From a virus (lineage: Duplodnaviria; Caudoviricetes), in the IMG/VR virus record IMGVR_UViG_3300042888_002988, positions 32,001-96,000 of that record: a stretch of DNA of 64,000 bases. One strand, written 5' to 3'. The position numbers and the translations under genes are program-made. The notes below the pieces were generated by a model that was not told the DNA's origin, did not search any database, and saw nothing but the letters and a program-made list of their open reading frames with translations. How positions within the stretch are numbered: the first letter of the stretch is position 1; each line of letters begins with the position of its first letter. Below, piece by piece: positions 52,936 to 61,439 of this stretch.

Positions 52936-55845
52936 GTGATTGCCCTGAGCAAAAAGTCAAGGTATGCTCCGCCCGTGCCGAATGATCCCGAATCCTTAGG
53001 AACCGGTATTGGACCGCTGTTGGCGGATCTGATTCCGCTGATGCCGTCTGGGGCGCGCCGAGCCGGTGCCGCCAGGGTGATGGCCGCCCGCGTGGGACGA
53101 GATCCTTCCGTCCTCATCGACCAACCCCGTATCACGCAGCTGCTGGCCTTGGGGCTGGGAGCCGTCGGCGGTGCCTACACGCAGGGGCAGAGCACGCCGG
53201 TGCGGCTGGCCGCCATCGCCGGCCCCCTGACCCTGGTGCAGCTACTGCGCCGCATGGAGCTCGGCAGCATCCAGAAGTCCTACGACACCGACAAGCGCAA
53301 GCGCCTGCGGGAGTTGGACGAGAAGGCGCTGCTCGACAGTCCCGGGTGGTTCGGCACCAACGGCAGCACGAGGCTCGGGGCGGTCAGCGCCTACGAGACG
53401 ATGCGCGACCGCAAATACAAGGGCTACAGCTCGCTGGCCGAAGCTGGCGATGCGCTGCACCTGGCGGCCGGCGGCTTGCATCCCGGATTCGCGCTGCCCA
53501 TGTCGACGCTCGTCAGCATTCTCGACAACAAGGAGGCTCAGGGTATGCGTGACCTGAGCAAGCAGGCTGAGTTCACCGACCAGCGCAACATGCCGGCCAT
53601 CCCGCTCTACCTGGCCGCCGCACTTGCCGGTTCCGCCGGTCTGGTGGGGGCACGCCACGTGGCGATCAACGAAGGGCGGAACACTGCGCCTCTCGGCACT
53701 GAGAACTGGGCGGGAATGATCGGCCGCGTCTCCGGCACCGAGCCGATGATGCTGGCCACCCAGGGTAACGATAACGCATTTTTTTACAAGCCACGCACTC
53801 AGCGTGAAGCGTTGAGCTTCCTCAACAACTACGCGACCGGACTGCAGGATGTCACGTCCTACGCAGGTGGCCCGCGCCGCGGCGATTACGGGCAGCGGAT
53901 GGACCAGGTGAACCGTCTGATGCGCGCAGGGGTAATCGTCGCCGACGACACGGCCGGCGCGCCCACAATCGCCCACGAGGCAGGGCACGCCAAGATCGAG
54001 GAGACCCCGGGCATCCTCCGGGCCCTGCAGCGTCACGTCTACCCTCACCAGAGCTGGATCGCTCCGCTCGCCGGTGCTGGATCCATGGCCGCCGGCCTCG
54101 CCAGTGGCAGCGCGCTGAAGGGTGGACTGCTGGGCACGGGGATCGGCGCACTGGCAGGCCTCGGACACCTTGGACCTGAGGCCGGAGCCAGCTACCACGC
54201 GATGAGAGGCCTCGGCGGCGGCACCCTGACGACCGAGGGCAAGAAGGACCTACTGGCCGCGCTGTCCACTTACCTTGCGTTCAACGTCCTGCCGAGTACG
54301 CTCTCAGGAGTGGCCGGCGGCTGGATCTCCGGGCGACGTAAAAAGAAGCGCGAGGCGGAAGAGGAAGGCGTCGAAAAAGCGGCCGGCGGCGCGTGGCGTA
54401 AGTTGCTGAACATCGGCAAAGTTTTCAAAGCTCAAGGGGGCAACCTTGAACACTTGGGTTCCGGTCAGAATTTGGCGGCACTGAAGCAAACAATGGGGCA
54501 AACCATGCGGGCTCCGGCGACTGACAAAATCGGGCAACGCGTAATGCAGCAAGAGCGCAACGCGATGAACGCAGCTAGGGCACCGTATCGCGGGGACGAC
54601 GACGCTATGAAGGCTTTTGTCGACAGCACCCGGCAGCGTTCCTCCCACGAGCGATTATTCGACCGGTTTGGTCAGGATATGCCGTCATTCAACGAAGGTA
54701 GCCGGGTATTCCGCGGCACGGTCGGAGGTAACCCTTGGGGAGGTGGCGCCTACAACGGCGCATTTCAATACGCCGCTCCCACACCAGCCGGCGCTGCTTT
54801 TTATGGTCGCCAGCCAGCTTCTTTCTTGGCGCCAGAAGCGCGCGGAATACTATCCTCACGCTCGCACTTGGAAACCATTCATCACTACGGGGCGGGGCCA
54901 AATCAGAAAATGTGGCAACCATGGGGACCGGAGGACGCCATCACATCGTCAGCCAAAAACCGCGCGCGGATACTTCGGGACGGGCCTGGCACATTCGGAG
55001 GCAACGCAGAGACTGCGGTGATGCAACAGCATAATCCCTATCTCGGCACAGCGCTGAGAGCTACGAGCCGTGATGGCGCATACGGCGCCGCCAAGTTTTT
55101 CCCCGCCGGTCGCCCCGGACAAGCGGCGCAGAACTACGTCGGGCAAATCTCGCAGGGCGTGAAGATGGCACCGGACGGAACGCTGCAGACAGCGCAGCAG
55201 CAGGTGTCCGGCCTGAACACGACACCGTGGCAGGCATCAGTGGACGCCAGTCCGTCACTCAGTCGCTTGCAGAGTCGCAATCCGGTGGCGTTTCAGGGGG
55301 TGATGAATCGCCGGGCTGATCGCATGCTGGGTCCTAGCGGATTCGAGAAGGCGTCCGCCTGGGACCCCCGAAAAATGTGGGAGGTGCTCAGTCGCATCCA
55401 GTCACACAACATGTCCGGCAACCTGGCCGACGAATACGTCAAGGGCATTTTCGGCGTGCACTACAAGCCGCTGAAGCGTGGCTTCAGTAAACTGCCGCTG
55501 GATGTCCAGCAGGCCGCCAAGCTTCCCCTACCGCCAGCACCCGTCCCCATGCTTCCGCCGGCCGCGCCAGCGCAGGGACTGCTCGACCTGTTCAAGCAAG
55601 GGGCGCATCCGGCCCTACCCATGCTGCTGGAGGCCAAAAGACATTCCGACGCCAAGCGCTACGACATCAAGAATCGCTACATCCGCCAAAACATGCGCCG
55701 CGACCCGGACTCGTGGATCGTGGATTCGGACGACGGTAAAGGTATCGTCGGCGTCACGCACACTCCAACCGGGTTCCGTCTGCACATGCTGAAAAGTGTG
55801 GTGGATCCGGACGTTTTGAAATATCATAATGCCGTCGCACCATGA
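52936..55845 (+). CDS. Modular KxA-punctuated protein: Gly/Ala-rich hydrophobic segments, zincin, possible ART-like domain
   Basis: AHEAGH at 53971; RVFRGT...YAAPTPAGAAFY; linkers KQA, KAA, KAS, KQG; extended -10 TG-G-TAGCTT 6 nt before GTG. Confidence 0.75.
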   Translation: MIALSKKSRYAPPVPNDPESLGTGIGPLLADLIPLMPSGARRAGAARVMAARVGRDPSVLIDQPRITQLLALGLGAVGGAYTQGQSTPVRLAAIAGPLTLVQLLRRMELGSIQKSYDTDKRKRLRELDEKALLDSPGWFGTNGSTRLGAVSAYETMRDRKYKGYSSLAEAGDALHLAAGGLHPGFALPMSTLVSILDNKEAQGMRDLSKQAEFTDQRNMPAIPLYLAAALAGSAGLVGARHVAINEGRNTAPLGTENWAGMIGRVSGTEPMMLATQGNDNAFFYKPRTQREALSFLNNYATGLQDVTSYAGGPRRGDYGQRMDQVNRLMRAGVIVADDTAGAPTIAHEAGHAKIEETPGILRALQRHVYPHQSWIAPLAGAGSMAAGLASGSALKGGLLGTGIGALAGLGHLGPEAGASYHAMRGLGGGTLTTEGKKDLLAALSTYLAFNVLPSTLSGVAGGWISGRRKKKREAEEEGVEKAAGGAWRKLLNIGKVFKAQGGNLEHLGSGQNLAALKQTMGQTMRAPATDKIGQRVMQQERNAMNAARAPYRGDDDAMKAFVDSTRQRSSHERLFDRFGQDMPSFNEGSRVFRGTVGGNPWGGGAYNGAFQYAAPTPAGAAFYGRQPASFLAPEARGILSSRSHLETIHHYGAGPNQKMWQPWGPEDAITSSAKNRARILRDGPGTFGGNAETAVMQQHNPYLGTALRATSRDGAYGAAKFFPAGRPGQAAQNYVGQISQGVKMAPDGTLQTAQQQVSGLNTTPWQASVDASPSLSRLQSRNPVAFQGVMNRRADRMLGPSGFEKASAWDPRKMWEVLSRIQSHNMSGNLADEYVKGIFGVHYKPLKRGFSKLPLDVQQAAKLPLPPAPVPMLPPAAPAQGLLDLFKQGAHPALPMLLEAKRHSDAKRYDIKNRYIRQNMRRDPDSWIVDSDDGKGIVGVTHTPTGFRLHMLKSVVDPDVLKYHNAVAP

Positions 55846-58256
55846 GTAGCCTCGTTTTACCATCCGTCGCCCCACGCCCCGCTGATCCCGCCGGAGACTG
55901 GCGGTGGGGTGTCCCCGCGCTGGCCGCCGGAGCTGCCGGTACAGGCCTGGCCGCCAACAAGGTGTATGCCGACAGTATGGAGATCCAGCGCAAGATGGAC
56001 GCGTGGCTGCAGCAGACTGGTGCCATCGCCGCCTCGGGCCAACGGAACCCAGTGCAGGGCATGCGCGCGGTGGAGAACTACGTCCGCGGCGGGCAGGACG
56101 TCATCCAGTCGCGTATTCTCGGAATGCCCATTCCGCACTGGCTGATGCAGGCCAGCGTCCCGCTGCGAGGCATGGGCGGAGAGAACGGCATGCAGGGACC
56201 TTCTGCTTATGTGAAATCCATGATGGGCAAGTTGCTGGGCGACAAGAACGCGCAACTCCCCCAGGCAAACCGGGTGATGCACGATCACTACTCCCAGTTC
56301 GCGAAAGGTGACCCAGCCGACCTGCGTCGCTACATGCAGACCAAGTTCCTTGATCGCAAAAGTCTCAGTCCGATCGCGCTTGATATCGTCGACGACGGGG
56401 CGCTGTCCGTGACCGAGAAGCTGAGAAAGCTGCGTGCGCACGACCCAGGCGCCCACAAGGCATTCTACGAGCATCTCAGCGACCTACCGGAGATCCTGGG
56501 CGGCAAAGCCTACGGACCCGGCAACATACGTGGCGGACTGACCGATGTGTATCGCACGTCGCTGCTGCCAAAACTGTTCGGCACCATGCGGACGGCCAAA
56601 GCCACAGGGCGCCTCGCTGTGCCGGTGGCCGCGCTGGCCGGCGCCGCAGGGCTGTGGCAGAACAGGGACAAGCTGTCGGAGATGGGCAAGCAGGCCGCGT
56701 CTTCGGATTCTGATTTTGGTCCGCTCCATGCGCTCGCGGCAGGTGGAGCTATGCCGCTCGCCCTATCAGGTATCGGCGATATCCGCCGGCCGCTGGAGGT
56801 CGGGTTGTCGTATGGAACGATGCCGGACATCGGCGACGGGCACAAGACACCCGCGAAATCACTCGAGGCGATGCTCAGCGAACTGCGCATGCGTCAAGGC
56901 ACCCCGAGGTTCAATGTCACGCACGCGGTGCGCGACAACATTGGCTGGGTGAATCCTGAACTCAACAAGAAGCGCTTCGACGCCATGATCGACACCGGTT
57001 GGGGCGCAGTCAATCCGCCAGGCTGGGGACAGGGCGCTTCGCCGTATGCACGCCACGCGCGGGCCGGCGCTCCTGACGTTCCGATCCGCGTGAGCACCGG
57101 CGGACTTATCGGCGTGCAGACCGACCTCGGAGACCTCGGTATGCCGGGTAACGCGGGGCACTTGTCGCGCCACACCGGCACGGGGGTGAAAGATTCCATC
57201 GCCAGGGCCTTGGGCTTTTCTGATCGCTTCGTTTCCTACGATCCCAATCCCGAGAAGCTGCGGGCGTCACAGCCATTGCTATCGAAGATGAAGTTGGAGC
57301 ATATGGGACGCAACGGCTTCCCCACCATGACGCCGTCTGCGCTCAAAACGCTGAAGGATCTGCAGGGCACGTCCCGCGAGCAACTGATCGCTGAGATGCT
57401 GGATGCCCCGGGTGTCGTCAACGGCAAGAACCGTCAGCTGCTCGGAAACTTGGACGGCCGCCAGCTCTACGCCATCACCGGTTCGGGTCGCGGCGACCAG
57501 GTCGCATACAAAGCGTTGCAGATGCAGAAGCACTTCGAGCGGCTCGGACTGGCCGACAAGTATCGAGTGGTGGCCATGCTGGGCAATAGCGCCGAAGACA
57601 ACCCTCTCGCACAGAAGGTCATGGCGCACCCAGACATCGCGGCCTTCGGTCGTATGCCTCAGCGCTACTACATCGGCCTCCCCGGAAAGTCGAACTTCCA
57701 CAACGCTTCCAGCGGCACGTCTGCAATGATGGAAGCGCTCGGCACCGATGCACACCTGATCTTCCACCCGCGTCAAGCAGAGGTGAAGCAGCGTGAGTTG
57801 CGTGCGCTGGGTAGGTCCAAGTTCAACGATCCGGGTAAAAACGACTGGGGACTTCGCGACGTCAAACCGCACAGCGGCTACAAGAACCCCGAAAAGATCG
57901 AGGAGTTGATGCATCGCATTCAGCGCGTGGATCTGGATACTTGGAACAAGGGCAACAAGGAATACGCGTTCCGTATGCCAGGCGTGTCCGCTGCCAACCA
58001 TCCCAACGAGATCATGGACATCCTGCGCAACCCGGCGTTGATGGGCGATGAGGCGAACGGCGTTCGTGCGGCGAGGGCCAAGTTCCTGACCGACGCCACC
58101 GAGCAGTCGCGTGGGGCAACCAAAGACTTCCTCCACAACTTCCTCCGTGAGCGTCGCACCTTCGCAAACCTGAAGGGCGCAGGCAAGCTGACTGGTGCCG
58201 CCGGCCTGCTGAGCCTGGCTGGTCTGCCGTTCATGACCAAGAGAACGGAAGAGTGA
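55842..58256 (+). CDS. KxA-punctuated protein with GT28/UgtP-like glycosyltransferase after KQAAS
   Basis: SYG...GDGHKTPAKSLEAML; YAITGSGRG; ASSGTSAMMEALG...IFHP. Confidence 0.7.
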   Translation: MSSLVLPSVAPRPADPAGDWRWGVPALAAGAAGTGLAANKVYADSMEIQRKMDAWLQQTGAIAASGQRNPVQGMRAVENYVRGGQDVIQSRILGMPIPHWLMQASVPLRGMGGENGMQGPSAYVKSMMGKLLGDKNAQLPQANRVMHDHYSQFAKGDPADLRRYMQTKFLDRKSLSPIALDIVDDGALSVTEKLRKLRAHDPGAHKAFYEHLSDLPEILGGKAYGPGNIRGGLTDVYRTSLLPKLFGTMRTAKATGRLAVPVAALAGAAGLWQNRDKLSEMGKQAASSDSDFGPLHALAAGGAMPLALSGIGDIRRPLEVGLSYGTMPDIGDGHKTPAKSLEAMLSELRMRQGTPRFNVTHAVRDNIGWVNPELNKKRFDAMIDTGWGAVNPPGWGQGASPYARHARAGAPDVPIRVSTGGLIGVQTDLGDLGMPGNAGHLSRHTGTGVKDSIARALGFSDRFVSYDPNPEKLRASQPLLSKMKLEHMGRNGFPTMTPSALKTLKDLQGTSREQLIAEMLDAPGVVNGKNRQLLGNLDGRQLYAITGSGRGDQVAYKALQMQKHFERLGLADKYRVVAMLGNSAEDNPLAQKVMAHPDIAAFGRMPQRYYIGLPGKSNFHNASSGTSAMMEALGTDAHLIFHPRQAEVKQRELRALGRSKFNDPGKNDWGLRDVKPHSGYKNPEKIEELMHRIQRVDLDTWNKGNKEYAFRMPGVSAANHPNEIMDILRNPALMGDEANGVRAARAKFLTDATEQSRGATKDFLHNFLRERRTFANLKGAGKLTGAAGLLSLAGLPFMTKRTEE

Positions 58257-58296
58257 TGCAATTTCGGTAGGGTCGGTGTCATAAAGAATTGCTATG
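58257..58296 (+). promoter_or_regulatory. Conserved promoter cassette copy 5
   Basis: TGCAAT-17-CATAAA-GAATTGCT-ATG. Confidence 0.7.
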
Positions 58297-58644
58297 GACT
58301 TGGGTATAATACCTTCAGTTCTAACCAACACTAACATCAACAACACCATGAAATCGTTTATCACCAGCATCATCGGAAACACAGTCGGAGCAGTCGGATC
58401 ATTCACCGGAGGCATCATGATGGCGACCGGCATAAATCCCGGTTACGTCGGCGACCAACTGCACCGCGCGGGAAATGAATTCGCCGACGGCATGCACAAG
58501 CAGTCGCAAGCACTCGCAGAGCAGGAGGCCGTCGAGGCCGCCGATCGCGAGGCCAAGCGCCACGAAGAACGCTGCTTGGAGATCGCAATGGCCGCGGCGG
58601 CCGAACAGGCTCGCCACGACAAGGCGACGGGCGTCGCAGCCTGA
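58294..58644 (+). CDS. Small protein with N-terminal hydrophobic segment (alternative start 58348)
   Basis: Gly-rich hydrophobic helix followed by a charged helix. Confidence 0.6.
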   Translation: MDLGIIPSVLTNTNINNTMKSFITSIIGNTVGAVGSFTGGIMMATGINPGYVGDQLHRAGNEFADGMHKQSQALAEQEAVEAADREAKRHEERCLEIAMAAAAEQARHDKATGVAA

Positions 58645-58649
58645 GCAAC

Positions 58650-58699
58650 TCGGACCCTGGGCGTGGAGGCAACTCCGCGCCCAGGTGCTCCGATTTTTT
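58650..58699 (+). terminator. Intrinsic terminator
   Basis: TCGGA..CCTGGGCGTGGAG-GCAA-CTCCGCGCCCAGG..TCCGA followed by T6. Confidence 0.75.
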
Positions 58700-58701
58700 A
58701 C

Positions 58702-58730
58702 TTGGCGCGCCCATGAAACGATTCGACAGT
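58702..58730 (+). promoter_or_regulatory. Putative leaderless promoter
   Basis: TTGGCG-17-GACAGT-8-ATG. Confidence 0.45.
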
Positions 58731-58738
58731 CCCACTCC

Positions 58739-59098
58739 ATGGAGGACAGCCACGCGGTAGATATCCTGCTTGAGGTGCTTACCGTATCCGGCGGCCGTCG
58801 CTGCGTGAACTTTCGGCGCGACAATACTTCGACGCTCGATCCGTCAACGAGGCCTCCCGAATGGGGCGACGAAATCACGCAGCACTGGAAGCAGCAGCTC
58901 ACACCCCAGCAGCTCGCTATCTATCACACGGAGCTGCTGCGGCGCGCGGAAGAGTTTCTGAAATTCATGGACGCCAACGTCGGACCCACGGAGGAGTTCC
59001 CCTTGGTGATACAGGCAGAGACGGCAGAGACGATGGAAGTATTTCGCAGTTACCTGCATCGATTGCGGACGCCGGTGAATTTTTTACTCGAAATATGA
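58739..59098 (+). CDS. Hypothetical protein
   Basis: ATG 58739 downstream of the promoter. Confidence 0.55.
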   Translation: MEDSHAVDILLEVLTVSGGRRCVNFRRDNTSTLDPSTRPPEWGDEITQHWKQQLTPQQLAIYHTELLRRAEEFLKFMDANVGPTEEFPLVIQAETAETMEVFRSYLHRLRTPVNFLLEI

Positions 59099-59102
59099 CG
59101 AC

Positions 59103-59131
59103 TTGCCTCCCGGGTCTAATTCTGGCACAGT
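59103..59131 (+). promoter_or_regulatory. Putative leaderless promoter
   Basis: TTGCCT-17-CACAGT-6-ATG. Confidence 0.45.
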
Positions 59132-59137
59132 CTCCCC

Positions 59138-59695
59138 ATGGCCGACTCACTCACCACCCTGAAAACCCGTCTCGCTAACCTGCGCCAGGAGCGGAACGAA
59201 ATTGCCTTGATTCAGAAGGAAGCCTTCATGGCTGCCCCTCCGATGCCAGGTGGTGGCGGAATGCCGCCGCAAGGAATGCCCCCAGGCATGGATCCCAGCA
59301 TGATGGGCGGAATGCCTCCGCAGGGTATGCCGCCGGGCATGGATCCCAGCATGATGGGCGGAATGCCTCCGCAGGGTATGCCGCCGGGCATGGACCCCAG
59401 CATGATGGGCGGAATGCCCCCGCAGGGAATGCCTGTGGATCCGGCTACCGGCATGCCGATGGATCCCAACGCAATGGGCGGACAGCCGCAGCCGCCGGCC
59501 TCCCCGCTCACACCGGAAATGCTCGAGGAGCTGATCGGTGTCGTTGAGCAACTCGCGGCTGGTCAGGAGAAATCCGAGCAGGCTTTGCAGCAGATGGCTC
59601 AGCAGCAGGAGGAGATCATGGGGCAATTCGAGCAGATGCAGCAGCAGCTCGCTCAAATGTTCTCAGGTCCGCAGCCGGGCGCAGGAGGTATGTGA
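59138..59695 (+). CDS. Pro/Gly/Met-repeat protein with KEAF motif and C-terminal coiled coil
   Basis: GGMPPQGMPPGMDPSMM repeats; Q-rich helix. Confidence 0.75.
   Translation: MADSLTTLKTRLANLRQERNEIALIQKEAFMAAPPMPGGGGMPPQGMPPGMDPSMMGGMPPQGMPPGMDPSMMGGMPPQGMPPGMDPSMMGGMPPQGMPVDPATGMPMDPNAMGGQPQPPASPLTPEMLEELIGVVEQLAAGQEKSEQALQQMAQQQEEIMGQFEQMQQQLAQMFSGPQPGAGGM
59255..59431 (+). repeat. In-frame 51-bp tandem repeat, about 3.5 copies
   Basis: ggcggaatgcc.ccgca.gg.atgcc.cc.ggcatgga.cccagcatgatg unit. Confidence 0.9.
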
Positions 59696-59937
59696 TGCCA
59701 GTCCGACTTCGACAACTCGACGGGACGGTGAAAGTCGTCGACAAACTTGAGTCGATCGAGGTGACCGACTCCGAAGGCTTGCTGGCGGTGGTCGTCTTCA
59801 CCAATCGCCGCGACGTCATCCAGGCACTGATCCCGGGTGACCCTATCTTCACAGCTTACTGCCGCGCTCACGGCCTCGGCGCGGCTCGGGTGCATCGCCA
59901 CGAACAGACGCCAGTCAAAACCAATCTCTCCGACTGA
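59692..59937 (+). CDS. Small hypothetical protein
   Basis: GTGA overlap. Confidence 0.65.
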   Translation: MMPVRLRQLDGTVKVVDKLESIEVTDSEGLLAVVVFTNRRDVIQALIPGDPIFTAYCRAHGLGAARVHRHEQTPVKTNLSD

Positions 59938-59941
59938 AGCC

Positions 59942-60292
59942 ATGGACGACGAACCTGCAGTCACCAAGCCTACCACCGTGAAGCAACACGTGGACCACTG
60001 GAAGTGGTTGGTCGGCGTGCTCGGTGGTCTGCTGCTCCTCATGGAGGGATTCGGCTGGGTAGAAGGCCGCATCGAGAAACGGGTCGAAGAGCGGGTGCTG
60101 ACCGCCACATCGATCTCCCGCTTGGACAACTACGGTAAGGAATCCAAAACCTGGATGGATGGGCGTATCAACACCCTGACTGCCGAAGTGGACGCACTGC
60201 GTCGGGAACTTGGTATCCTGCGCTTAGACGTGCGAACGAACGCCACGACAATCCGCAGCGCCCCCGAGTCGGCCCCCGCGTCGCCTAAGTGA
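59942..60292 (+). CDS. Single-TM coiled-coil protein (lysis-associated)
   Basis: WKWLVGVLGGLLLLMEGFGW then coiled coil. Confidence 0.6.
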   Translation: MDDEPAVTKPTTVKQHVDHWKWLVGVLGGLLLLMEGFGWVEGRIEKRVEERVLTATSISRLDNYGKESKTWMDGRINTLTAEVDALRRELGILRLDVRTNATTIRSAPESAPASPK

Positions 60293-60333
60293 CCACACTT
60301 GACTGGACCTCCAAAAAATGGCAGGTTAAGGGC

Positions 60334-61035
60334 GTGAGAAGCAAACTCCTAATCATCGGGCTATGCCTAGTCATACCCTGGAGCACCGGGTGCCACACGC
60401 CTCCGCGTGCTGTGCCTGTTGTGCCGGTCGTGACTGCTGCACCGCGGCAGGTCTCCGCCAAGTCACCGCTGAGTGAGGCTCGGGCTGCCACCGTCGAGTC
60501 GAATCGTCGTGTCGATGCCGCCCGCAACAAGGTCGATGTCTCGGTCGGTAATGTCGAACGCTACCGCGACGCCGAGTATGCCGAGCTGCACGCCCTGGTT
60601 ACCCGGGTCAAGGCGAAGGGCTCCATCACGACTGCGGAGCTGGAGGAACTCATCACGCGGGTGCTGGCACAGAAAGGTCAGCTCGACACGCTGCTCGCCC
60701 GCCTCAAGCAGGTGCAGGACGAACTCTACGTGTCGTGGGAGCTGCGCCAGCAGATCGATTCTAAGCTCACCGAGGCCCTAGCCAGGGTCGCCGCAAAGGA
60801 CAGCGAGGCGGACATGCTTCGACAGCAGCTGGCTGACCAGCAGCAGACATCGAAGGCGCTGGAGCAGAATGCCCAGACCAATTTGGAGTCGGCTGTGAAA
60901 TCGCAGTCCGCCGCCGCACACATGAAGGGTCAGCGCGACCTCGTCCTCAAAGTTCTCATCGGGGTATCCATACTCGCCATGCTGTCGCTGATAGGCAACT
61001 ATCTCCAGTTCCGCAGGGGTCTACTACCGTTCTGA
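60334..61035 (+). CDS. Lipoprotein with C-terminal TM, unimolecular spanin-like (alternative start 60289)
   Basis: MRSKLLIIGLCLVIPWSTG-C; long coiled coil; C-terminal VLIGVSILAMLSLIGNYL. Confidence 0.6.
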   Translation: MRSKLLIIGLCLVIPWSTGCHTPPRAVPVVPVVTAAPRQVSAKSPLSEARAATVESNRRVDAARNKVDVSVGNVERYRDAEYAELHALVTRVKAKGSITTAELEELITRVLAQKGQLDTLLARLKQVQDELYVSWELRQQIDSKLTEALARVAAKDSEADMLRQQLADQQQTSKALEQNAQTNLESAVKSQSAAAHMKGQRDLVLKVLIGVSILAMLSLIGNYLQFRRGLLPF

Positions 61036-61070
61036 TCAAAGCAAACCGCCTACATCAACACACCAATACC

Positions 61071-61421
61071 ATGCAGATAATCAAGACCATCAAAACCAAC
61101 TGGCGCGACGTCGTCATCGGGATCGCCCTCACTCTCGGCTTGGCCCTCGGGGCCGACATCCTGGAGCGCATGGCCACCACCGACGACGGTAAGGTCTGGC
61201 TCACCAACGTCGTCACGTCCCTCCGCGGACTTGCGGCCTTCGCTGGTGCCAACCTTGCGGCTTTCTTTATGATCGCCGTGGCCTGGCCGACGCTGAATCA
61301 ATACAGTAACGATAGCTTCAGCTTCGGCTGGAACTCCCTGAGCAACTCTCAGCGATTCCTAGCCTTCCTCGCTGTTGCCATCGGCTACCTCATTGCCGCC
61401 TCCCTGTGCTTCGCCCCATAA
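61071..61421 (+). CDS. Holin-like 3-TM protein
   Basis: Three hydrophobic helices; directly upstream of the endolysin. Confidence 0.6.
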   Translation: MQIIKTIKTNWRDVVIGIALTLGLALGADILERMATTDDGKVWLTNVVTSLRGLAAFAGANLAAFFMIAVAWPTLNQYSNDSFSFGWNSLSNSQRFLAFLAVAIGYLIAASLCFAP

Positions 61422-61439
61422 CCCGCAAGTATCATCGTC

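Noticed and set aside
59255-59431. CRISPR-like array
   Set aside because: The 51-bp units are contiguous in-frame coding repeats with no unique spacers; no cas genes are present.
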